DNA of 45,132 nt from an uncultured bacterium (GTDB lineage Bacteria; Patescibacteriota; Minisyncoccia; Phycocordibacterales; UBA9973), in NCBI GenBank assembly GCA_903834665.1, contig CAILJY010000070.1:1-45132 (forward strand). Reading direction: 5' to 3'. A program made the translations under genes and the position numbers. The notes beneath the pieces are model-generated. The model was not told the origin of the DNA, searched no databases, and worked only from the letters and a program-made list of their open reading frames with translations. Below, piece by piece: positions 38,222 to 45,132 of the stretch (position 1 is its first letter; the number at the start of each line of letters is the position of its first letter).

Positions 38222-39928
38222 ATGAAATTTGAGACTAAAATTTGCCAGAATTGTAAAAAAGACTTCATAATTGAGCCAGATGATTTTTCTTTTTATGAGA
38301 AGATAAAAGTCCCAGCACCGACCTGGTGTCCAGAATGTAGAATGATAAGAAGAATGTCTTTCCAAAATACTTGGAATATTTCTTGGATAAATTGTGAAAA
38401 ATGTGGGGAAAGGGTTATATCTCGACATTTATCTGGGCTTGCTAAAATTAAAGTATATTGTCAGAAGTGTTGGTGGGCTGATGATTGGGATGGCACAGAA
38501 CATTCTATGGATTATGATTCTTCTCGAACATTTTTTTCACAGATTAATGATCTAATAGAAAAGACTCCACATGCATCTACCAATACTTCTTTCTTGAGTA
38601 ATAAAAATTGTGATTATACAAATGGTATTGGATGGTCTAAAGATTGTTACTTAACATTTTGGGCTGACTATTGTGACAATGTTTATTATTCTTCGATGCT
38701 GAATAATCTAAAACATAGTTCGGATTGTCTTCGAGGGTATTATTCAGAACTTTGCTATGGATCTATCGGTTTTAGTAAATGTTATAAGATGTTTTTCTCA
38801 GATGAATGTGATGATTGTATAGATATTTGGTTTTGTCGGAATTGTTACAACTGTTCTAATTGTATTGGCTGTGTAAATCTAAGTGGGGCCTCATATTGTA
38901 TTTTCAATATTCGGTATACAAAAGAAGAATATGAAAAAATATTAAAAGATTTAAATTTAAAATCTTGGACAAAGATTCAGGAAATTGAAAAAGAAGCTCA
39001 TAAATTATGGCTGACAAAACCCTATCGAGCTTATCATGGACACTCACTCAATTCTAGTGTGACAGGGGATTATGTTTATACATCAAAAAATTGCAAAGAA
39101 TCATATCTTTTAAATGGAGGGGAAGATTGTAAGTGGTGTCAGTTTGTAACTGTCCCAAAGGTAAAAGATTCTTATGATTATTCTGGTTGGGGAAATAATG
39201 TTAGTAGAATTTATGAATGTGAGACAGTGGGGGAAAATGCAGATTCTATTTATTTCTCCGATGAATGCTGGCCAGATGTTTTAAACTTGCAGTATTGTAT
39301 TTGGGGTATGAGTTGTAAGAATTGTTTTGGCTGTGTAAATCTAAAAAGAAAACAATATTGTATTTTAAATAAACAATACTCTAAAGAAGAATTTAATAAA
39401 TTAAAAAATCAAATAATAGAAGATATGAAGAAAAATCCTTACATAGATAAAATTGGAAGGATGTTTTCTTATGGAGAATTTTTTCCACCAGAATTAAGTG
39501 AATTTGCTTATAATAGATCAAATGCAATGCGTTTCTTTAAAAAAACAAAAGAAGAAGCTTTAAAGGAAGGATATGGTTGGAATGACAATACAAAAGAAAT
39601 AGGGAAGAGTACTATTGACGCGAAAGATTTATCAGAGATTATCGAAGATGTAAAAGATGATATCGTCAAAGAAGCTATAAAATGTATATCCTGTGTTTAT
39701 TCTTATAACATTGCAAAAGGAGAATTAGATTTGTTGAGAAAATTAGATTTACCTCTTCCTCGTGAATGTCCTAAGTGTCGAGAGAATAAAAGATTTGAAA
39801 GAATGACGATGCCAAGACTTTATGATAGGAAGTGCGATAAATGCAGTATAGAGGTTAGATCACCATATTCTCCTGATAGGCCTGAAATTATTTATTGTGA
39901 GAAGTGTTATCAACAAGAAGTTTATTAG
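38222..39928 (+). CDS. Cys-rich multi-zinc-ribbon protein typical of CPR genomes, function unknown
   Basis: CQNCKKDF.I...D..FY....VP.PTWCP.CR; repeated C..CFGCVNL...YCI.N..Y.KEE; C-terminal IIYCEKCYQQEV. Confidence 0.8.
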   Translation: MKFETKICQNCKKDFIIEPDDFSFYEKIKVPAPTWCPECRMIRRMSFQNTWNISWINCEKCGERVISRHLSGLAKIKVYCQKCWWADDWDGTEHSMDYDSSRTFFSQINDLIEKTPHASTNTSFLSNKNCDYTNGIGWSKDCYLTFWADYCDNVYYSSMLNNLKHSSDCLRGYYSELCYGSIGFSKCYKMFFSDECDDCIDIWFCRNCYNCSNCIGCVNLSGASYCIFNIRYTKEEYEKILKDLNLKSWTKIQEIEKEAHKLWLTKPYRAYHGHSLNSSVTGDYVYTSKNCKESYLLNGGEDCKWCQFVTVPKVKDSYDYSGWGNNVSRIYECETVGENADSIYFSDECWPDVLNLQYCIWGMSCKNCFGCVNLKRKQYCILNKQYSKEEFNKLKNQIIEDMKKNPYIDKIGRMFSYGEFFPPELSEFAYNRSNAMRFFKKTKEEALKEGYGWNDNTKEIGKSTIDAKDLSEIIEDVKDDIVKEAIKCISCVYSYNIAKGELDLLRKLDLPLPRECPKCRENKRFERMTMPRLYDRKCDKCSIEVRSPYSPDRPEIIYCEKCYQQEVY

Positions 39929-39949
39929 ATAATTAATAATTAAAATTAT

Positions 39950-40531
39950 ATGTTAGAAACTTTTGGATATATTAGCGGAATATTGATGATGTTTTCGGTT
40001 ATACCTTATGCCAAAAGTATTTTAAAAGGAGAAACAAAACCTCATAGAATTACTTGGCTTATTTGGACAGTGCTTGTTCTTATCGCTTTTTTCTCTCAAT
40101 TAGCAAAAGGAGCATCTTGGTCACTCTTACTTACGGCTGGAGATGCTGTAGCAATATTGGTTACTTTTATTTTATCTATTAAATATGGAGTTGGAGGTTT
40201 CCAGAAATGGGATATTTTATCTTTAATTGGGGCTCTCTTTAGTCTTTTCCTTTGGTATATCACTAGTGAGCCAGCATTTGCATTATTTTTGATTATTATT
40301 ATTGATATTATTGGAGCAAACTTAACAATTATTAAAACATGGAAAAATCCAGAAACTGAAAATTGGGTTGGTTGGGCGATATGTGGTGCTGGAGGATTAT
40401 TTGGGGTTTTTGCTGTTGGTAGTTTCAATTTAGTCCTTCTTTCTTATCCTATGTATATATGTATTATAAATTCTATTGTTGCAATTATTATTTTAATTAG
40501 AAAGAAAAGATGTTTGGCAAATAATATGTAA
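39950..40531 (+). CDS. Hypothetical multi-TM protein
   Basis: 6-7 TM helices; TKPHRITW and KTWKNP.TE loops. Confidence 0.75.
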   Translation: MLETFGYISGILMMFSVIPYAKSILKGETKPHRITWLIWTVLVLIAFFSQLAKGASWSLLLTAGDAVAILVTFILSIKYGVGGFQKWDILSLIGALFSLFLWYITSEPAFALFLIIIIDIIGANLTIIKTWKNPETENWVGWAICGAGGLFGVFAVGSFNLVLLSYPMYICIINSIVAIIILIRKKRCLANNM

Positions 40532-40549
40532 TTTTGCTACAATATATCT

Positions 40550-41005
40550 ATGACATTACACGAACAAATCAAAAATAATATAAAAGAATCAATGAAGAGC
40601 GGGGACAAGGTTCGCCTGGAGGTGATGAGAGGATTAGTTACTGCATTTACTAATGAACTTGTTGCAACAGGAAAAACTCCTCAAGATTTATTGTCTGATG
40701 AAGACGCGATTAAAGTTATTACAAGAGCTTCAAAACAGAGGAAAGATTCTATTGAGCAATTTACAAAAGGCGGGCGTATGGATTTAGTAGATATAGAAGA
40801 GGATCAGCTCAAAATATTAGAAGAATTTTTACCTAAACTTATGGAAGAGAGTGAAATAGAAGAAATTGTTAAAAATAAAATATTAGAACTTACTGTTAAA
40901 GATTTAACAAAAAAGGGTATGTTTATGTCCTCTGTTATGAAAGATTTAAAAGGGAAAGCAGATGGTAGTTTGGTAAAGGAGATAGTTGATCGTTTATTTA
41001 TATAA
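40550..41005 (+). CDS. GatB/YqeY domain protein
   Basis: IKESMKSGD..RL, KQRKDSIEQF..GGR.DL, FLP, GKADG. Confidence 0.9.
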   Translation: MTLHEQIKNNIKESMKSGDKVRLEVMRGLVTAFTNELVATGKTPQDLLSDEDAIKVITRASKQRKDSIEQFTKGGRMDLVDIEEDQLKILEEFLPKLMEESEIEEIVKNKILELTVKDLTKKGMFMSSVMKDLKGKADGSLVKEIVDRLFI

Positions 41006-41015
41006 TTTTAAAAAT

Positions 41016-41360
41016 ATGAAAATCATTTTACATTGGGTTCTCATTTCTCTTGCTGTGTTTGCTACTACTTTTATAGTTTCGGGAATTTCAGTTGACCCTA
41101 TTTGGGTGTCACTTATCGTTGGAGCTTGTTTAACTTTATTTAATATGATTATTAAACCAATAATTAATATTTTGACTCTTCCTATAAATATTATAACCCT
41201 TGGATTATTTTCACTTGTTATCAATGGTATTTTATTTTGGTATTTGGGAACTCTCATAAGTGGATTTAATGTTACTACTTTTACGGCAGCTTTTGTAGGG
41301 GCACTTCTTGTATCAATAATTAATTGGGTATTGAAAAAGGTATTCCATTTTGATTTTTAA
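41016..41360 (+). CDS. 4-TM phage-holin-like family protein (YvlD/DUF360)
   Basis: N.IIKPI...LTLP...ITLGLF..VING; start at ATG 41016. Confidence 0.85.
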   Translation: MKIILHWVLISLAVFATTFIVSGISVDPIWVSLIVGACLTLFNMIIKPIINILTLPINIITLGLFSLVINGILFWYLGTLISGFNVTTFTAAFVGALLVSIINWVLKKVFHFDF

Positions 41361-41365
41361 CCATT

Positions 41366-41956
41366 ATGTTGTCAATATCTTTTATCAAGCAATTTGCAGC
41401 TTCTCATGCGGAAATAATTTATATTCTAATTGTTTTAGGAGTTATAATTGAAGGAGAAATAGCTGTTATCATAGCAGGAATATTGGCTCATCTTGGATCT
41501 ATAAATATTTATTTAGCTTTTTTAGCAACTTTAGTAGGAGGAGGTTTAAAATCAGTTATGGGCTATAGTTTGGGTTATTATTTACAAAAAAATCATTCAG
41601 ATAAAAAGATTGTATCTCAAACTGAAAATCGCATAAATTATTTTTTGCCTAATTTTATTAAAAAACCATTTATTTCTTTGTTCTTATCACGATTTTTAAT
41701 TTTAGGAATATATTGGTTTGCTCTTATCTTTGCTGGTTATAAAAAGATAAAAATTTCTACATTTGCCAAAGCTGAAGTTTCATCGTTAGTTACTTGGGCC
41801 CTTGTCATGCTATTATTAGGATTCTTTTTTAGTTATACCGCTCTTTCTATTAGTAATGATATTCGTAAGTTTATTGGTTTGATCTTAGTATTCTTTATAA
41901 TGTTTTTTATCTTAGAGAAAGTTATTGCTTTTATTATTGAATTATTTGAAGTATAA
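41366..41956 (+). CDS. DedA/VTT family membrane protein
   Basis: EGE.A.I.AG.LA, Y.LG, F.SRF, AG. Confidence 0.75.
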   Translation: MLSISFIKQFAASHAEIIYILIVLGVIIEGEIAVIIAGILAHLGSINIYLAFLATLVGGGLKSVMGYSLGYYLQKNHSDKKIVSQTENRINYFLPNFIKKPFISLFLSRFLILGIYWFALIFAGYKKIKISTFAKAEVSSLVTWALVMLLLGFFFSYTALSISNDIRKFIGLILVFFIMFFILEKVIAFIIELFEV

Positions 41957-41959
41957 AAT

Positions 41960-42874
41960 ATGTCATTTTTTAAAAAAAAGAAAATATGTGTTACTCATAA
42001 TGGAGCTTTCCATGCTGATGATCTTTTTGCTACAGCCGCACTTTCAATTCTAAATAATGGAAATATAAAAATTATTCGTACTCGTGATCCAGAAATAATT
42101 AAAAAAGGTGATTATGTTTATGATGTAGGAGGGGAAGATATTATGGAAAAAGATTTATTTGATCATCATCAAAAAGGTGGAGCCGGAATTAGATCAAATG
42201 GTGTTCCTTATGCATCCTTCGGTTTGGTTTGGAAAAAATATGGAGAACAAATATGTGGGAGTAAAGAAGTTGCAAAAAATATAGATGAAAAAATTGTTCA
42301 ACCAATAGATGCTATTGATAATGGTGTGGACTTTGCAAAACCATTATACGGGGGCTCAGTGCCTTGTGGTCCTGATACAGTATTTATGAATAATATTCCA
42401 TCGTGGAAAGAAAAAAATAAAGATATAAATAAAATTTTTAAAGAACAAGCGAAGAAAGTTACTCAATTTTTATTGAGAGAAATTGAAGTTACAAAATCTG
42501 ATGTAGAAGCTATAAATATAATGATGGAAGCTTATGGTAAAACTGGAGATAAAAGAATAATTATCATAGAGAATGACTTTCCGAGGTATCTTTATCAGAA
42601 TACTTTTTCTAAGGTACCAGAACCTGTGTATTTAGTTTTTCCAAGCAGTCACAGTACTATGTGGAAAGTAGAAGCTATTAGTAAATCTCCCGATTCTATG
42701 GAGAATAGAAAAATGTTCCCAGAATCATGGAGAGGTTATTTAAATGAAGATCCAAAGTTAAAAGAAATCACAGGTGTTAAAGATGTAATTTTCTGCCACA
42801 AGAGCGGATTTTTAACAGTAGCACACTCTAAAGAAGGCGCTCTGGAACTTGCTCAAAAAGCATTATTAGCGTAA
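41960..42874 (+). CDS. MYG1 family metal-dependent hydrolase/exonuclease
   Basis: THNGAFHADD, RTRD, DVGG, FDHHQ, IDAIDNG, FCHKSGF. Confidence 0.9.
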   Translation: MSFFKKKKICVTHNGAFHADDLFATAALSILNNGNIKIIRTRDPEIIKKGDYVYDVGGEDIMEKDLFDHHQKGGAGIRSNGVPYASFGLVWKKYGEQICGSKEVAKNIDEKIVQPIDAIDNGVDFAKPLYGGSVPCGPDTVFMNNIPSWKEKNKDINKIFKEQAKKVTQFLLREIEVTKSDVEAINIMMEAYGKTGDKRIIIIENDFPRYLYQNTFSKVPEPVYLVFPSSHSTMWKVEAISKSPDSMENRKMFPESWRGYLNEDPKLKEITGVKDVIFCHKSGFLTVAHSKEGALELAQKALLA

Positions 42875-42889
42875 GTTATATAAGGGAAG

Positions 42890-43011
42890 AGTAAAATATC
42901 TTAAAATAGCTCTTCTCAGAGGACACGGATATTTTCTTGCTAGAAAATTCCTCGTGCTCGGCTCGACAGCCTCGCAAGTTCCTCTTCAAAGACTATTTTA
43001 AAAATTTTACT
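42890..43011. repeat. Intergenic palindromic element sharing modules with the tRNA-Lys trailer
   Basis: Arms AGTAAAATATCTTAAAATAG/CTATTTTAAAAATTTTACT; inner ATTTTCT..AGAAAAT hairpin and CTCGGCTCGACAGCCTC. Confidence 0.75.
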
Positions 43012-43041
43012 TACTACTTACTACTTTCTACATACTACTTA
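43007..43041. repeat. Heptamer tandem repeat (CTACTTA-like x5)
   Basis: TTACTTA CTACTTA CTACTTT CTACATA CTACTTA. Confidence 0.7.
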
Positions 43042-43046
43042 TATAT

Positions 43047-44015
43047 ATGTTTATAGATGAAATAAAATTTTTTGCAAAAGCTGGCCACGGAGGAGACGGG
43101 GTTGTTCGTTGGCGCCGTGAGAAATTTATAGATAAAGGAGGTCCGAACGGTGGAGATGGGGGAAGAGGTGGAGATATATATGCTTTGGCTATTTCTGATA
43201 TTCATTTACTTTCAAAATATAAACACAAAAAAGAATTTGAAGCCGAAAGTGGTTTTGCAGGAGCTGGTGGAAGTAGACATGGTAAAGATGGCAAAGATTT
43301 AATAATTGAATTACCTGTTGGTTCTATTATTACAAATATTGAAAGTGGAGGAAGCGTTTCTCTTAATCAAGCAGGACAAAAAGAATTATTATTGAAAGGC
43401 GGAGTTGGAGGGTATGGTAATGAACAATTTAAAAGTTCTATTAATACAACTCCTGAAAAAGCGACAAAAGGCAAAATTGGAGAAAATGGAAATTTTAAAA
43501 TAGAGCTTGAGCTTTTTGCTGATGTTGGATTAGTTGGATTGCCAAATGCAGGTAAATCTTCACTTTTGAATGCTGTGACAAATGCTCAAGCAAAAATCGG
43601 AAGTTATCAATTTACAACTCTTGACCCAAATTTAGGAGATTTTTTTGGTTATACGATTGCCGATATTCCTGGCCTTATTGAAGGGGCTTCTGATGGTAAG
43701 GGATTAGGAATTAAATTTTTAAAACATATTAAAAGAACTAGAATGTTGGCTCATTTAGTTTCTCTTGATAATAGTGAACCAGTTAAAGTTTATAAACAAA
43801 TTCGTAAAGAACTTGGAGTTTACGACGAGAGTCTTCTCGAAAAAGAAGAAATAATTATTTTAACAAAAACTGATTTAATAGAAGATCAAAAAAAGATTGA
43901 AAAAATTAAAAAAGAATTTATAAAAATTGGTAAACCAGTTTTTACACTTTCCCTTTATGATGATGCTTCTGTGAAAAAGTTAATAGATGATCTTGTAAAA
44001 TTATTGAGAAAATAA
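43047..44015 (+). CDS. obgE: GTPase ObgE
   Basis: MFIDE, GGPNGGDGGRGG, GLPNAGKSS, FTTL.PNLG, DIPGLIEGAS. Confidence 0.96.
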   Translation: MFIDEIKFFAKAGHGGDGVVRWRREKFIDKGGPNGGDGGRGGDIYALAISDIHLLSKYKHKKEFEAESGFAGAGGSRHGKDGKDLIIELPVGSIITNIESGGSVSLNQAGQKELLLKGGVGGYGNEQFKSSINTTPEKATKGKIGENGNFKIELELFADVGLVGLPNAGKSSLLNAVTNAQAKIGSYQFTTLDPNLGDFFGYTIADIPGLIEGASDGKGLGIKFLKHIKRTRMLAHLVSLDNSEPVKVYKQIRKELGVYDESLLEKEEIIILTKTDLIEDQKKIEKIKKEFIKIGKPVFTLSLYDDASVKKLIDDLVKLLRK

Positions 44016-44045
44016 AAAAATCCCTGAAGGGATTTTTTTATTTTT
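44013..44045. terminator. Bidirectional terminator between obgE and tRNA-Lys
   Basis: TAAAAAAATCCCT-GA-AGGGATTTTTTTA. Confidence 0.75.
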
Positions 44046-44208
44046 GTGCCCCGTGAGGGAATCATGATTACATGTTCGGTCACTCATAATTTTCTGGAGA
44101 AAATTTGTGCGACCCCGACTCAGCTCGTCAGCCTCCGTCTTTCGATTTTTTTAAACATACATTTGGGTATGTTTAAAAATCACAGATTTTGTGCTTCGCA
44201 AAAATTTG
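44043..44208 (-). repeat. tRNA-Lys 3' trailer bounded by a 21-bp direct repeat of the tRNA 3' end
   Basis: TTTGTGCCCCGTGAGGGAATC at 44043-44063 and 44205-44225, with three internal hairpins. Confidence 0.85.
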
Positions 44209-44281
44209 TGCCCCGTGAGGGAATCGAACCCCCGACCATCTCCTTAAGAGGGAGCTGCTCTACCAGCTGAGCTAACAGGGC
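44209..44281 (-). tRNA. tRNA-Lys(CTT)
   Basis: Reverse complement GCCCTGTTAGCTCAGCTGGTAGAGCAG-CTCC CTCTTAA GGAG-...GGTTCGATTCC CTCACGGGGCA. Confidence 0.95.
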
Positions 44282-44354
44282 ATGTTAGTTGCGCAATCAT
44301 TATTACAGAAAAAAAATATTTTGTAAACTTATTGTCTATGATATAATATAAAAT

Positions 44355-44675
44355 ATGAATGAAAAATTAGATAATTTTGGACTTAAGCCAGTTAATGAAC
44401 CAATTGATGAATCAATAATAGAAGTTCCTTCTTTTGAAGAGTTAGAGATTTTAAAAGAAACTGATTTTGATGAATATATTAAATGGATAGATTATATTGC
44501 AAAAACAAAAGAGGAAGAACATATAAAAGAATTAGTAGAACAAGAAAGAATAGAGAAATTAAATAAAGATAATAAAGATAATAAAGATAATAAAGATAAT
44601 AAAGAAAATGAACCAACTGGTTTTAAAGAGGATAGAGAGGATAGAAAAAAAAGAAATATGTATGGACAAAATTAA
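44355..44675 (+). CDS. Hypothetical charged protein with 9-bp (NKD) tandem repeat
   Basis: TGnTATAAT 7 nt upstream; AATAAAGAT x4 plus AATAAAGAA at 44562-44606; terminator downstream. Confidence 0.7.
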   Translation: MNEKLDNFGLKPVNEPIDESIIEVPSFEELEILKETDFDEYIKWIDYIAKTKEEEHIKELVEQERIEKLNKDNKDNKDNKDNKENEPTGFKEDREDRKKRNMYGQN

Positions 44676-44711
44676 TTAATAAAACCCCTTAATATAAGGG
44701 GTTTTATTAAT
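44675..44711 (+). terminator. Terminator hairpin
   Basis: ATTAATAAAACCCCTTA-ATA-TAAGGGGTTTTATTAAT. Confidence 0.7.
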
Positions 44712-44734
44712 CCTCAGATTAGTTATTATAGGGG

Positions 44735-44762
44735 TTGACTTCTTTTATTATATGTATATAAT
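44735..44762 (+). promoter_or_regulatory. Probable rRNA promoter
   Basis: TTGACT-16 nt-TATAAT about 220 nt upstream of 16S; boxA-like TTCTTTGAAA near 44800. Confidence 0.7.
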
Positions 44763-44979
44763 GGAATCCACAGTCTGTTTTATATCGGGCTGTTTTAATT
44801 TCTTTGAAATTTGAATAGGTATAGTTCTTAATTTAACTTTTTTAAAAGACGAAGTTATATAAGAACAAATCATAAATCAAGCAAGTAAGAATCTCGCAGG
44901 TGCGAGATATATTTCATACGAATATGAAATGAAACCAGTAAATGTAACAAAAGTATTTTTTCTTTTGTTCCGTTCTATT

Positions 44980-45132
44980 TTTAAGTAGAGTTTGATCCTA
45001 GCTCAGGATGAACGCTGGCGGCGTGGATAAGGCATGCAAGTCGAACGGACTTTATTTTTCCCGAGATGCGATTATATCAATTCAAAGGTCGTTTAAAGTT
45101 AGTGGCGAACGAGGTAGTAATACATAGGAACT
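44980..45132 (+). rRNA. rrs: 16S rRNA, 5' end (partial)
   Basis: AGAGTTTGATCCTAGCTCAGGATGAACGCTGGCGGCGTGGATAAGGCATGCAAGTCGAACG starting at 44987. Confidence 0.97.

Noticed and set aside
41016..41360. Prophage suggested by the holin-like gene
   Set aside because: This 4-TM family is common in chromosomes, and there are no phage structural, lysin or integrase genes around it.
44046..44270. 74-aa ORF
   Set aside because: Antisense to tRNA-Lys and its trailer.
44562..44606. 9-bp tandem repeat as a phase-variation switch
   Set aside because: The unit length is a multiple of 3, so copy-number change only alters linker length.
1..45132. Alternative genetic code (UGA=Gly, as in Gracilibacteria/SR1)
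   Set aside because: Conserved genes translate full-length under code 11 without internal TGA.

Overview
AT-rich chromosomal segment of a Patescibacteria (CPR; Parcubacteria/Nomurabacteria-like by inference) genome. Support: a short IF2, a RelA/SpoT lacking the C-terminal regulatory domains, CPR-type Cys-rich proteins, an OD1-like 16S 5' end and many apparently leaderless starts. It mostly holds housekeeping genes (rnj, secG, rbfA, infB, iscS-like, clpB, hppA, parB, relA, topA, glmS, dprA, serS, dus, dnaX, rmuC, obg), five tRNAs (Leu, Cys, Tyr, Gln, Lys) and the start of a 16S rRNA gene. No transposase, integrase or CRISPR array was found. The most interesting signals are non-coding or hidden inside genes. 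(1) A modular, structured element follows the 3' ends of tRNA-Leu, -Tyr and -Gln, with a related one at tRNA-Lys. It carries inverted and direct copies of its own host tRNA's 3' end around a shared covarying hairpin. (2) A ~93-bp palindromic element with a 34-bp GC-rich core is inserted in-frame into two unrelated genes in different reading frames. (3) An in-frame rmuC/exonuclease chimeric relic records a gene-slot acquisition. (4) A candidate ~350-nt ncRNA has its own promoter, a boxA-like motif and a terminator.
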